Shown here one piece after another: positions 1-12,180 of a stretch of 64,000 nt of DNA. This DNA is from Mobula hypostoma (lineage: Eukaryota). The first letter of the stretch is position 1. The number at the start of each line of letters is the position of its first letter. Location: contig NC_086097.1 in the NCBI RefSeq assembly GCF_963921235.1, positions 3,658,001-3,722,000 of the forward strand, written 5' to 3'. A program made the translations under genes and the position numbers. The notes under the pieces were generated by a model that was given only the letters and a program-made list of their open reading frames with translations, was not told where the DNA came from and did not search any database.

Positions 1-258
1 GAAAATGCAGGATAAAGACCCTGTGATCACAACAAGGAGCTGCCAGTTCGTTGGTTGACCCCGGTGTGTGTAATCTCGGTTCATGGTTCTTTGGACTATC
101 AGTTCTAAGTCTAGCATCACCCCTGGATTGATTCTCTCCAAACCCAAGACTTCGGGTAAAGACTGATTCCACGCTCACTACAGCAATAACGCCTCCTGAC
201 TCTGCCCCCACGCCCGTGTTCTGCACTTGGATTTGTCCACCGCCATGCTCGTGTAACA
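1..258. mobile_element. Possible end of an LTR, truncated by the window edge
   Basis: Non-coding segment ending in ...GTGTAACA (TGTTAC/GTAACA-type LTR terminus). The other end is not in the window. Confidence 0.3.
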
Positions 259-353
259 TTCTATGCTCGTGATCTAGGTTGTAGGTATGCTCCACTAAAC
301 TAACATGTCAAAGTGAGATCACCTCTGTTCTCAAGAATATAGGTATATACTTT

Positions 354-527
354 CAACATCCGGAGGAACTCAGTAGATCGGGCAGCATCAGTGGAAATGA
401 TGAGTCGACGATTCGGGCCGGAACGTTGACTCATCGTTCCCACGGATGCTGCCCGACCTGCTGAGTTCCTCCAGTGTGCTGTGAGTGTTGCTTTGATCCC
501 AGAATCTGCAGATTATTTTGTGTTTAA
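354..527 (+). mobile_element. Penelope-derived fold-back element
   Basis: Arm 362-415 is the reverse complement of 418-472. Carries the family tail GATGCTGCCCGACCTGCTGAGTTCCTCCAG...TCTGCAGA. TSD GTATATACTTT at 343-353 and 528-538. Confidence 0.8.
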
Positions 528-804
528 GTATATACTTTGTTTTCTCTGGTGGACCAGTCTGGTCAACCTTTACGGCATTTCATTACTTTTTTAGATAATT
601 AGACCACACCTGCAAACAATATTCCAAATACTTCCTCACCAAGTTTTTCCATTAACTGTAGACAATCTGAAGTCTAAAACATACTTGGAATAAAAACAAA
701 TGAAGACCTCTAAAAGCAACACAATTATTGATTCTACTGATAAAATTTAAATGTCTGGAAAAAGTCATTGTATTATAAATTCAGTTGCTTTTTTTTCTCA
801 GAGA

Positions 805-1175
805 CATGAAGAAGTACAGCACAAAAACAGGCACTTCAACCCATCAAGTCTCTGCCGAAACCTTTTAATCTGCCAACTCCTAATAACCTGCCCTCCACAC
901 CCCAACTATCCATGTACCTCTCCAAACTTCTCATAAACATTGGAATCGAGCTTGCATGTACCACTTGTGGTGGCAGCTCATTCCATACTCTTGTGACCCT
1001 CTGAGTGAAGAAGTTTTCCCTCCTGTTCACCTTAAACTTTTTACCTTTCATCCTTAACCCATGACGTCTGGTTGTAGTCCCAACCAAACACAGTGGAAAA
1101 AGCCTACTTGCATTTATCCTATCTATACCCCTCATATGTTTGAATAACTCTATCATGTCTCCTCTCAATCTTCTT
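805..1175 (-). mobile_element. CR1 LINE 3' fragment
   Basis: ORF 836-1168(-) reads RGDMIELFK...TRRHGLRMKG...NFFTQRVTRVWNELP, the typical CR1 ORF2 C-terminus. Confidence 0.85.
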
Positions 1176-3298
1176 GAAGACCGTGTTAGGGATCTGGATG
1201 ACCTTTGGAGATATTTGATCAGAGTTACAGGGAAGCAGTCACCCTGAAGGTGCAGGAGACGAGTAGCTGGGTGACTGTCAGGAGAAATGGAAATGTGGAT
1301 AGGCAGTTAGTGCAGAGATGTTTGTGGCCATTCCCCTCAGTGATAAGTATACGGTTTTGGATACCGTTGTGGGAGATGACCTCCCAGGGGAATGCCACAG
1401 AGACCGGGCTACTAGCACTGAGCATGGGTCCATGGTGCAGAAGGGTATGAGGGAGAAGAGGAGAGCAGTAGTAATAGGGGATTCAATAGTCAGGGGAACA
1501 GACAGGAGATTCTGTGGACGTGAGCGGGACACCGGGATGGTGTGTTGCCTCCCAGCTGCCAGGGTCAGGGATGTCTCAGATCATGTTCACAACATTTCGG
1601 AGAGGGAAGGAGAGTAGCCAGATGTCTTGGTATCAATGACAAAGGAAGAAAAATCAATGAGGTCTTGAAAAGGGAATTTAAAGAGCTAGGCAGAAAGCTG
1701 AGAAGCAAGGCCTCCAGGATAGTAATTTGTGGATTGCTACCTGTGCCGCACGCCATTGAGGGTAGAAACAGGATGATCTGGCAGATAAATGCGTCGCTGA
1801 GAAGCTGGTGCAGGGTTCAGGGCTTCAGGTTCTTGGATCATTGGGATCTCTTCTGGGGGAGGTATGACCTGTTCAAAAGTGACGGGTTGCACCTGAATCT
1901 GAGGGGGACCAATATTCTCACGGGCAGTTTTCTTGGAGCTGTTGGGGGTGGGAACCAGAGTGTGAGGTAACTCAGGACAGGGCAGATGGTGAAAAAGCAA
2001 AAATAACATGCATTTAGACTGTCAGGAAGGGCAGGCAGATGATAGGACATAATTGCAGCCAGCAGGGTAAGTATTAATGCATTAGGGATGCAGAATCAAA
2101 AAGGGTAGCAAATACAGTATCAAAGTGTTATATCACAATACATGGAGTATAAGAAATAAGGTGGATGATCTTGTCGCACCTACAGATTGTCAGTTGTGGT
2201 GTTGTGGCCATTTCTGAATCGTGGCTGAAGGATGGTTGTAGTTGGGAACTGAATGTCCAAGGTTTCATGTTGTATCGGAGGGAGAAGAGATAGTCAAAGG
2301 GTGTGACATAGCTCTGCTGGTGAAGAATGGCATCAAATCAGTAGAAATATGTGACATAGTATCGGAAGATATCGAAAGCTTATGCATTGAGTTAAGAAGT
2401 CACAAGGGTGAAACAGGCACTGATGGAAGTTATATACAGGCCTCCCAACAGCAGCTGGGAGTGGACCACAGATTGCAACAGGAAATAGGAAAGACGAGTC
2501 AAAAGGGCAATGTTGTGGTAGTTATGGGAGATTTCAACATGCAAGTCGACTGGGAAAATTATGTTCAAACTGGGGCTCAAGAGTGAGTTTGTTGGATGCC
2601 TATGAGACGGCTTTTTAGAACAGTTTGTCATTGAGCCTACTAGGGGATCAGCTATACTGGGTCGGGTGTTATGTAATGAACTGAAGGTGATTAGGGAGCT
2701 TAAGGTCAAAGAACCCTCAGGAGTCAGTGATCACAATATCATTGAGTACAACGAGAAATTTGACAGGGAGAAAGTGAAGTTTGATGTAGCAGTATTTCAG
2801 TGAAGTAAGGGAAATTACAGTAGTATGAGAGAGGAGTTGACCAAAGTGAATTGGAAGGAGAAGCTGGCAGGGATGTCAGCAGAGCAGCAATGGCGTGAGT
2901 TTCTGGGAAAAATGAGGAAGGTGCAGAAAAGATATATTCCAAAAATGAAGAAATACTCAAATGGCAAAATAGTACAACCGTGGGGGACAAGGGGATTCAA
3001 AGCTATTGTAAAAGCAAAAGAGAGAACATACAACAACGTCAAAATTAGTGGGAAGACAGAGGATTGGGGAGCTTATAAAACCCTGCAGAGAGCAACTAAA
3101 AGCTTCATTAGAAGGGAAAAGATGAAATATGAAAGCAAGCAGGGAAACAATATCAAAGTGGATAATGAAAGCTTCTCCAAGTATGTAAAAAATAAAATAA
3201 AAGTGATGAGAGTGTATATGTCTCTGCTAGAAAATGAGGCCAGAGAAGTAATAACGAGGGCCAAGGAGATGGCAGATGAACTAAATGAATATTTTGCA

Positions 3299-3509
3299 AC
3301 ACACACAAAATGCTGGAGGAAATCATTGGGCCAAGCAGCATCTGTGGAAAAACAACAGGTCAAGACACCAGTCCTCCAGTCCTGCCGAAAGGTTTCACCC
3401 CAAATGTCAACGGTACTTTTTTTCCATACATGCTGCCTGGCCTGCTGAGTTCCTTCAGCATTTTATGTGTGTTGCTCGGATTTCCAGCATCTGCAGACTT
3501 TCTCTTGTT
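3299..3509 (+). mobile_element. Penelope-derived fold-back element nested in CR1
   Basis: Inverted arm ACACACAAAATGCTGGAGGAA...GCAGCATC precedes the forward copy, which has a decayed hammerhead (CAGTCCTGCCGAAAGG...). TSD TGA(A/G)TATTTTGCA at 3286-3298 and 3510-3522. Confidence 0.8.
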
Positions 3510-3797
3510 TGAGTATTTTGCATCAGTCTTCACTGTGGAAGACACTAGCAGTGTGCCAGATGTTGAAGGGTATGAGGGAAGAGAAGTGGGTGCAGTTACT
3601 ATTACAAGGGAGAAGGTGCTCAAAAATCTGAAAGACCTAAAGGTACATAAGTCGCCCGGACCAGATGAACTGCACCCTAGGGTTCTGAAAGAGATAGCAG
3701 TAGAGATTGTGGTGGTATTGGTAATGTTCTTTCAAAAATCATTGGACTCTGACACGGTGACAGAGGACTGGAAAGTTACAAGTGTCACCCCACTGTT

Positions 3798-6718
3798 GTA
3801 AAAGCGCGCCTGAAGGCTTTGTGTGTCAATGCAAGGAGCATTCGTAACAAGGTGGATGAATTGAAAGTGCAGATTGTTATTAATGATTATGATATAGTTG
3901 GGATCACAGAGACATGGCTCCAGGGTGACCAGGGATGGGAGCTCAACGTTCAGGGATATTCAATATTCAGGAGGGATAGACATGAAGGAAGGGGAGGTGG
4001 GGTGGCGTTGCTGGTTAAAGAGGAGATTAACGCAATAGAAAGGAAGGACATAAGCCGGGAAGATGTGGAATCGATATGGGTAGAGCTGCGTAACACTAAG
4101 GGGCAGAAGACGCTGGTGGGAGTTGTGTACAGGCCACCTAACAGTAGTAGTGAGGTCGGAGATGGTATTAAACAGGAAATTAGAAATGTGTGCAATAAAG
4201 GAACAGCAGTTATAATGGGTGACTTCAATCTACATGTAGATTGGGTGAACCAAATTGGTAAAGGTGCTGAGGAAGAGGATTTCTTGGAATGTATGCGGGA
4301 TGGTTTTTTGAACCAACATGTCGAGGAACCAACTAGAGAGCAGGCTATTCTGGACTGGGTTTTGAGCAATGAGGTAGGGTTAATTAGCAATCTTGTCGTG
4401 AGAGGCCCCTTGGGTAAGAGTGACCATAATATGGTGGAATTCTTCATTAAGATGGAGAGTGACATAGTTAATTCAGAAACAAAGGTTCTGAACTTAAAGA
4501 AGGGTAACTTTGAAGGTATGAGACGTGAATTAGCTAAGATAGACTGGCAAATGACACTTAAAGGATTGACGGTGGATATGCAATGGCAAGCATTTAAAGA
4601 TTGCATGGATGAACTACAACAATTGTTCATCCCAGTTTGGCAAAAGAATAAATCAAGGAAGGTAGTGCACCCGTGGCTGACAAGAGAAATTAGGGATAGT
4701 ATCAATTCCAAAGAAGTAGCATACAAATTAGCCAGAAAAAGTGGCTCACCTGAGGACTGGGAGAAATTCAGAGTTCAGCAGAGGAGGACAAAGGGCTTAA
4801 TTAGGAAGGGGAAAAAAGATTATGAGAGAAAACTGGCAGGGAACATAAAAACTGACTGTAAAAGCTTTTATAGATATGTAAAAAGGAAAAGACTGGTAAA
4901 GACAAATGTAGGTCCCCTGCAGACAGAAACAGGTAAATTGATTATGGGGAGCAAGGACATGGCAGACCAATTGAATAATTACTTTGGTTCTGTCTTCACT
5001 AAGGAGGACATAAATAATCTTCCAGAAATAGTAGGGGACAGAGGGTCCAGTGAGATGGAGGAACTGAGCGAAATACATGTTAGTAGGGAAGTGGTGTTAG
5101 GTAAATTGAAGGGATTAAAGGCAGATAAATTCCCAGGGCCAGATGGTCTGCATCCCAGAGTGCTTAAGGAAGTAGCCCAAGAAATAGTGGATGCATTAGT
5201 GATAATTTTTCAAAACTCGTTAGATTCTGGACTAGTTCCTGAGGATTGGAGGGTGGCTAATGTAATCCCACTTTTTAAAAACGGAGGGAGAGAGAAACCG
5301 GGGAATTATAGACCGGTTAGCCTAACGTCGGTGGTGGGGAAACTGCTGGAGTCAGTTATCAAAGATGTGATAACAGCACATTTGGAAAGCGGTGAAATCA
5401 TCGGACTAAGTCAGCATGGATTTGTGAAAGGAAAATCATGTCTGACGAATCTCATAGAATTTTTTGAGGATGTAACTAGTAGAGTGGATAGGGGAGAACC
5501 AGTGGATGTGGTATATTTGGATTTTCAAAAGGCTTTTGACAAGGTCCCACACAGGAGATTAGTGTGCAAACTTAAAGCACACGGTATTGGGGGTAAGGTA
5601 TTGATGTGGATAGAGAATTGGTTAGCAGACAGGAAGCAAAGAGTGGGAATAAACAGGACCTTTTCAGAATGGCAGGCAGTGACTAGTGGGGTACCGCAAG
5701 GCTCAGTGCTGGGATCCCACTTGTTTACAATATATATTAATGACTTGGATGAGGGAATTAAATGCAGCATCTCCAAGTTTGCAGATGACACAAAGCTGGG
5801 TGGCAGTGTTAGCTGTGAGGAGGATGCTAAGAGGATGCAGAGTGACTTGGATAGGTTGGGTGAGTGGGCAAATTCATGGCAGATGCAATTTAATGTGGAT
5901 AAATGTGAAGTTATCCACTTTGGTGGCAAAAATAGGAAAACAGATTATTATCTGAATGGTGGCCGATTAGGAAAAGGGGAGGTGCAACGAGACCTGGGTG
6001 TCATTATACACCAGTCATTGAAAGTGGGCATGCAGGTACAGCAGGCGGTGAAAAAGGCGAATGGTATGCTGGCATTTATAGCGAGAGGATTCGAGTACAG
6101 GAGCAGGGAGGTACTACTGCAGTTGTACAAGGCCTTGGTGAGACCACACCTGGAGTATTGTGTGCAATTTTGGTCCGCTAATCTGAGGAAAGACATCCTT
6201 GCCATAGAGGGAGTACAAAGAAGGTTCACCAGATTGATTCCTGGGATGGCAGGACTTTCATATGAAGAAAGACTGGATGAACTGGGCTTGTACTCGTTGG
6301 AATTTAGAAGATTGAGGGGGGATCTGATTGAAACGTATAAAATCCCAAAGGGATTGGACAGGCTAGATGCAGGAAGATTGTTCCCGATGTTGAGGAAGTC
6401 CAGAACGAGGGGTCACAGTTTGAGGATAAAGGGGAAGCCTTTTAGGACTGAGATTAGGAAAAACTTCTTCACACAGCGAGTGGTGAATCTGTGGAATTCT
6501 CTGCCACAGGAAACAGTTGAGGCCAGTTCATTGGCTATATTTAAGAGGGAGTTAGATATGGCCCTTGTGGCTACGGGGATCAGGGGGTATGGAGGGAAGG
6601 CTGGGGCGAGGTTCTGAGTTGGATGATCAGCCATGATCATAATAAATGGCGGTGCAGGCTCGAAGGGCTGAATGGCCTACTCCTGCACCTATTTTCTATG
6701 TTTCTATGTTTCTATGTT
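3798..6718 (+). mobile_element. Young 5'-truncated CR1 LINE with intact ORF2 and (TTTCTATG)n tail
   Basis: Splits the host codons CCACTGTT|TAAGAAAGG (PLFKKG). TGTT is duplicated at 3794-3797 and 6715-6718. 3' octamer repeat at about 6693-6718. Confidence 0.93.
3819..6617 (+). CDS. CR1 ORF2: APE endonuclease plus reverse transcriptase (932 aa; frame open from 3798, no ATG at the start)
   Basis: APE motifs NARS, GITETWL, YRPPN, GDFN, SDHN. RT motifs [28 protein letters not shown]. No internal stops. Confidence 0.92.
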   Translation: MCVNARSIRNKVDELKVQIVINDYDIVGITETWLQGDQGWELNVQGYSIFRRDRHEGRGGGVALLVKEEINAIERKDISREDVESIWVELRNTKGQKTLVGVVYRPPNSSSEVGDGIKQEIRNVCNKGTAVIMGDFNLHVDWVNQIGKGAEEEDFLECMRDGFLNQHVEEPTREQAILDWVLSNEVGLISNLVVRGPLGKSDHNMVEFFIKMESDIVNSETKVLNLKKGNFEGMRRELAKIDWQMTLKGLTVDMQWQAFKDCMDELQQLFIPVWQKNKSRKVVHPWLTREIRDSINSKEVAYKLARKSGSPEDWEKFRVQQRRTKGLIRKGKKDYERKLAGNIKTDCKSFYRYVKRKRLVKTNVGPLQTETGKLIMGSKDMADQLNNYFGSVFTKEDINNLPEIVGDRGSSEMEELSEIHVSREVVLGKLKGLKADKFPGPDGLHPRVLKEVAQEIVDALVIIFQNSLDSGLVPEDWRVANVIPLFKNGGREKPGNYRPVSLTSVVGKLLESVIKDVITAHLESGEIIGLSQHGFVKGKSCLTNLIEFFEDVTSRVDRGEPVDVVYLDFQKAFDKVPHRRLVCKLKAHGIGGKVLMWIENWLADRKQRVGINRTFSEWQAVTSGVPQGSVLGSHLFTIYINDLDEGIKCSISKFADDTKLGGSVSCEEDAKRMQSDLDRLGEWANSWQMQFNVDKCEVIHFGGKNRKTDYYLNGGRLGKGEVQRDLGVIIHQSLKVGMQVQQAVKKANGMLAFIARGFEYRSREVLLQLYKALVRPHLEYCVQFWSANLRKDILAIEGVQRRFTRLIPGMAGLSYEERLDELGLYSLEFRRLRGDLIETYKIPKGLDRLDAGRLFPMLRKSRTRGHSLRIKGKPFRTEIRKNFFTQRVVNLWNSLPQETVEASSLAIFKRELDMALVATGIRGYGGKAGARF

Positions 6719-8273
6719 TAAGAAAGGAGGAAGTCTGCAGAAATTATAGACCAGTTAGCCTGACCTCAGTGGTTGGGAAGATGTTGGAGTCAATTGTTAA
6801 GGATGAGGTGATGGAGTACTTGGTGACAAAAGGCAAGCTAGCAGAAAGTCAGCATGGTTTCATTAAGAGAAAATCTTGCCTGACAAACATGTTGGGATTC
6901 TTTGAGGAGATTAGAAGTAGGATAGATAAAGGGGATGCAGTGGATGTTGTATATATGAACTTTCAGAAGGCCTTTGGCAAGATGCCACACATGATACTGC
7001 TTACCAAGTTAAGAGCCCATGGTATTACAGAAAAGTTTCTAACATGGTTAGAGCATTGGCTGATTGGTAGGAGTCAGCGAGTGGGAATAAAAGGATCCTT
7101 TACTGGTTGACTGCCAGTGACTCGTGGTGTTCCGCAGGGGTCGGTGTTGGGACCACTTCTTTTTATGTTGTATATCAATGATTTAGATGATGGAATAGAT
7201 ACTTTGTTTCCAAGTTTGCAGGTGATACGATGATTGGTGGAGGGGCAGGTAGTGTTGAGGAAACAGGTAGGATGCTGAAGGACTCAGGTGGATTTGGAGA
7301 ATGAGCAAGAGAGTGGCAAATGAAATACAGTGTTGGAAAATGCATGGTCATGCACTTTGGTAGTAGAAATAAATGTGCAGACTGTTTTCTAAACTGAAGA
7401 AAATCCAACAATCTGAGACACAGAGGGACTTGGGAGTCCCTGTGCAGAACACCCTGAAGGTTAGCTTGCAGGTTTAGTTGGTGGTGAGGAAGACACATGC
7501 AATGTTAGCATTTGTTTGAAGAGGTCTAAAAGACAAGAGCAGGGATGTGATGCTGAGGCTTTATAAGGCACTGGTGAGGCCTCACCTTGAGTATTGTGAA
7601 CAGTTTTGGGCCCCTCATCTTAGAAAAGATGTGATGGTATAGCATAGGGTTCAGAGGGGGTTCACAAAGATTATTCCAGAAATGAAAGGGTTATTATACA
7701 GGGAACGTTTGATAGCTCTGGGTCAGTACTTGCTGGAATTTAGAAATATGAAACCTTTGGAATATTGAAAGGCCTAGACAGGATGTTTCCCAGGGTGGGG
7801 GAGTCTAGGACAAGAGGGCATAGCCTCAGGTTAGAGGGCCGTCCATTTAAAACAGAGGTGTGGAGAAATTTCTTTCACCAGAGTATAGTTAATTTGTGGA
7901 ATTTATTACCACAGGCAGCTGTGGAGGCCAGGTCATTGGGTGTATTTAATGCTTTTTTAGCTCTCCTGATTTCTCTTGGATTTTGTGTACTGCATAAGCA
8001 CCTCATTTGTTCCTGCCTGCCTATACTTGGTATGTACCTCATTTGTTTCTTAACCAGGGTCTCTATAAGTCTTGAAAACTAGGTTCCCCACACTTGTTAT
8101 CTTTACCTTTTTCCCTGACTGGAACATACAGTCTTCGTACTTTCAAAATTTCACCTCTGAAGGCCTCCCACTTACCAAGTACAGCTTTGCCAGAAAAGTT
8201 TTCATCTAACCAGTGTAACAGAAAATGTGATTTTAAAACAGTTACTTGCAGGTATTCTAGTGTAAAATAACAC

Positions 8274-8570
8274 GGGTGCCACAGTGGTGTAGCGGTTAGT
8301 GCAACACAATTATGGCTTATGGCATTGGAGTTTGGAGTTCAATTCCCGCATCCTCTGTAAGGAGTTTGTACATTCTCCCCATGACTGAACTGTTTTCCTC
8401 CGGGGGGGGGCGAGTTCTGATTTCCTCCCACAGTCCAACGATGTACTGGTCAGTAGGTTGATTGTCCTGTGATTAGGCTGGGGTTCAGAAGGTGGGCTGC
8501 TGGGCGGGGCAGCTCAATGGGCCAAAAGGCCTGTTCTGCTCTGTACCTCTCAATAAATATAAATAAATTC
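8274..8570 (+). mobile_element. tRNA-derived SINE (HE1/V-SINE-like)
   Basis: tRNA-like head (GGTGTAGCGGTTAG A-box, GAGTTCAATTCC B-box), core TTTCCTCCCACAGTCCAA, A-rich tail. Related copies at about 9445-9725(-), 18060-19075(+, split), 23430-23700, 35895-36190, 49560-49840(-), 60165-60430 and 63435-63930 (split). Confidence 0.75.
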
Positions 8571-8857
8571 CGTTGTTCTTTTTTCTCCATACAAGTTGTG
8601 TAACAGAAAATATGATTTTGCAGGTATAAAGTTGTTACTCCAATTCAGAAAAGGTCTCTAAAATATATGGACAAAGGACCATAAAAATATGCAAATTAAA
8701 CTCCACATTTCATGGTTTACGATACTTCTTAAAATAAAAGTTAGCCCAGCAGCTAGTAGACTATTTATAGATGTTATATGATTATTTTCTGAAGTTATCT
8801 TTGTGTTAGGCAGACAGGGTTATAAACTGGCATTTATTTCCAGGCTCTCACAGTTGT

Positions 8858-8871
8858 GTTGCTATGGAAAC
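8858..8871. promoter_or_regulatory. RFX X-box motif GTTGCTATGGAAAC
   Basis: Close match to the RFX palindromic consensus GTTNCYATRGNAAC, inside a non-repetitive island (about 8580-9430). Confidence 0.4.
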
Positions 8872-9929
8872 ATTAATCAGACTCATAGAATTCTGTAGCA
8901 AAAGCCTGCGTACAGATTGATAGTGAGCTACTGACAGGAGTTTTCTGCAAGCGTATGCCTTCCTACTGCCGCCAGGGTCCCCTCAATATATTCTGGTGTT
9001 CTCCTCATTTTTTAAATTAAAAGTATAGGGCTCATAACACTAAGCAGATGTCTCCCAACTATGTACAACCTCACAAGCAACACAATTGTAAAATTCATGC
9101 TGTGATGCTGTCAGAAGCTATTCACATACAATAGTACACCATCTGTCTCCAATGATAGGCTTCTGCAGAGAACCTCAGCCCTTGGAAACCCAAGGCGAGT
9201 CTAAATTAGGGTCTGCTCAAAACCCGATGCATTTTGATAACAAATACTTGATGGATTTAATGATTAATATTCCAAAGCCAAACTGAGCTGCACCATAACT
9301 CAAACTGCTCCTGATATACTGACAAGATCATTTGATATAAGTATGGGTAGTAGGCACATCTTATATTAAACTTCAACATATTTTGTTTGTTTTTTAAATA
9401 CATGGACTTATGCTACACTTCGTTACTTTAAAAAATATTTTAATTTAGAGATACAGCCCTTCCGGCCCAGTGAGCCGGACCATTCATCAACTCATCAATT
9501 TAACCCTATCCTGATCACGAGCAATTTACAATGACCAATTAACCCACTAACTGGTACATCTTTGGTCTGAGGGAGAAAACCAGAGGAAAACCAAAGGAAA
9601 CCCAGGCAATCAAGGAAAGAACATACAAACTCCGTATAGACGGTGCTGAAATTGAACTCTGAGCCCTGGATTGGCCCACCCCAAGCTGTGATAGTGTCAC
9701 GTTAACTGCTACGCGACTGCAGCGTCTTCAGGGGGTTTGATGCTAATAAAAATAACAGAGAGAAACAAAATATTTCATTATTGATAGACATTGGAAACCT
9801 TCATAGGACCTGGTGACAAATTTCTGTAGCCACAGTACCATGTATATTTTTAATCCCTTTGGAGATCCAGTAAAAGGACATGAGCAGTTTGATATATGAG
9901 TGCTTGTTCTCTGAATCGTGGTGGTCGAT

Positions 9930-11275
9930 AAGTCCATAAGACCATATGACATAGGAGCTGAATTAGGCCATTTAGCCCACTGAATCCACACCACCATTCC
10001 ATGGTGCTGATTTATTATCCCTCTCAACCACATTCTCCTGCCTTCTTCCCATAACATTTGATATCCTGACTAATCAAGAACCTATCAACCTTCACTTTAA
10101 ATATATTCAATGACTTGGCCTCCACAGCCAGCTGTGGCAATGAATCCCACTGATTCACCCCTCTCTGGCTGAAGAAATTCCTCCTCATCTCTGTTCTAAC
10201 TGGACTCCCTTCTATTCTGGGACTTTTCGATATTTGATAAGTTTCAATGAGATCCCTCCTCATTCTTCTAAACTCCAGGGAGTACAGGGTCAGAGCCATC
10301 AAACAGCCCTCATATGTTAACCCTCTCATTCCTGGATTAATTCCTGTGAACCTCTTCTGGATCCTCTCCAATACCAGCACATCTTTGCTTAGATAAGGGT
10401 TTCAAAGGTACACTTAATGTCAAAGAGATGTATACAATATGCATCCTGAAATTCATTTTTTTTCGCAGCCATCCACTAAAACAGAGAAGTGCCTCAAAGA
10501 ATGAATGACAGTTAAATGTTAGAACCCCAAAGTCCCCTCTGCACCCCTCCCTACCGCGAGTAAGCGGCAGCGAGCAACAATTCCCCCCCCCCCACCGGCA
10601 AAAAAAGCATTGGCACCCACCACCGAGCACTCAAGTGTGAGCAAGTCAACAGCATAGACACAGACTTGCAGTACCCCAAAGACCACATTGTTCACCTGGT
10701 ATTCGACATACCACAGGCTCTCTCTCTCCCTATTAAGGGAGAAAGAAATGTCTCTGTTTCACAGCGAGAGGGGAGACATAACAAACAACTCACTGGTTTA
10801 CGATGTTAAAGGTCTGTTATGTCACATTTTTTTTCAAGCTCTGTGCCCAAAGATCTGGGCATACAACCTCAGATAATCTGACTCCCCTGATGACACACGG
10901 GTCTCCTGCCATGACACCGACCTTCAATCTACCTGTCTCCGGAGCCCCGAGATCCTAGGCCTCCAAACCCAAGCCAGACTCTTAGGCCGAGCCCTTGATG
11001 TGCCGAACAACAACAGCCAGTTATGAAACCCCGAGAGCGGGTCCCATTCCCGCAAAGAACCATAGTCAGTGTGTAACTCCAGGTCAGGGTCTTCAAAAGA
11101 ACCCTGAAAGGGAAAAATAAAGATACTAAAGACGGAAATAGAGCTGTTTCCAAAGATGTAAGCAAAGGAGTCGCCATTTAGCGCCATCATCACTCCGCTC
11201 CACCTCATGAAGGGGCCCAAAGCTGCTCATGATGTGGTGTGACCAATGTCTTATAAAGCCTCAGAATGACATCTA
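9930..11275 (-). mobile_element. Degenerate CR1 3' fragment interrupted by a non-autonomous repeat (about 10396-11205)
   Basis: CR1 C-terminal peptide in ORF 10024-10380(-). CR1 sequence resumes at about 11210. The insert has a second partial copy at about 27455-27640. Confidence 0.7.
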
Positions 11276-11284
11276 GCCATAGAC

Positions 11285-12180
11285 TAGAAACATAGAAAAT
11301 ATGTGCAGGAGTAGGCCATTCGGGCCTTCGAGCCTACACCGCCATTCAGTATGATCATGGCTGATCATCCAACTCAGAATGCTGTACCTGCCTTCCCTCC
11401 ATACCCACTGATCCCTTTAGCCACAAGGGCCATATCTAACTCCCTCTTAAATATAGCCAATGAACTGCCTCAACTGTTTCCTGAGGCAGAGAATTCCACA
11501 GATTCACCACTCTCTGTTTGAAGAAGTTTTTCCTCATCTCAGTCCTAAAAGGCTTCCCCTTTATCCTGAAACTGTGATCCCTCGTTCTAGACTTCCCCAA
11601 CATCGGGAACAATCTTCCTGCATCTAGCCTGTCCAATCCCTTTAGGATTTTATACGTTTCAATAAGATCCCCCCTCAATCTTCTAAATTCCAGAGAGTAT
11701 AAGCCTAGTCGATCCAGTCTTTTATCATATGAAAGTCCTGCCGTCCCAGGAATCAATCTGGTGAACCTTCTTTGTACTCCCTCTATGGCAAGAATGTCTT
11801 TCCTCAGATTAGGGGACCAAAACTGCACACAATACTCCAGGTGTGGTCTCACCAAGGCCTTGTACAACTGCAGTAGTACGTCCCTGCTCCTGTACTCGAA
11901 TCCTCTCGCTATAAATGCCAGCATACCATTCACCTTTTTCACAGCCTGCTGTACCTGCATGCCCACTTTCAATGACTGGTGTATAATGACACCCAGGTCT
12001 CGTTGCACCTCCCCTTTTCCTAATCGGCCACCATTCAGATAATAATCTGTTTTCCTGTTTTTGCCACCAAGGTGGATAACCTCACATTTATCCACATTAA
12101 ATTGCATCTGCCATGAATTTGCCCACTCACCCAACCTATCCAAGTCACCCTGCATCCTCTTAGCATCCTTCTCACAGCTA
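11285..12180 (-). mobile_element. Young CR1 3' fragment (same subfamily as 3798-6718)
   Basis: ORF 11436-12293(-) is nearly identical to the C-terminal third of the 932-aa ORF2. TAGAAACATAGAAAAT tail on the + strand. Confidence 0.92.

Larger units (their letters stand above)
1176..7950 (+). mobile_element. Old degenerate CR1 LINE (ORF1 SGNH esterase part plus frameshifted ORF2), host of two nested insertions
   Basis: ORF1 motifs VVIGDSIVRG and DGLHLN (1318-1970). ORF2 fragments GDFN, KSPGPDELHPRVLKE and NYRPVSLTSVVGK, with stops and frameshifts. Interrupted at 3299-3509 and 3798-6718. Confidence 0.9.

Noticed and set aside
3950..6640. Minus-strand ORFs (258 aa, 134 aa and others) opposite the CR1 ORF2
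   Set aside because: These are antisense shadows of the RT/EN frame that recur opposite every CR1 copy.
8274..8350. tRNA gene
   Set aside because: The A/B-box-like head continues into the SINE core found in many copies, and no complete cloverleaf is evident.
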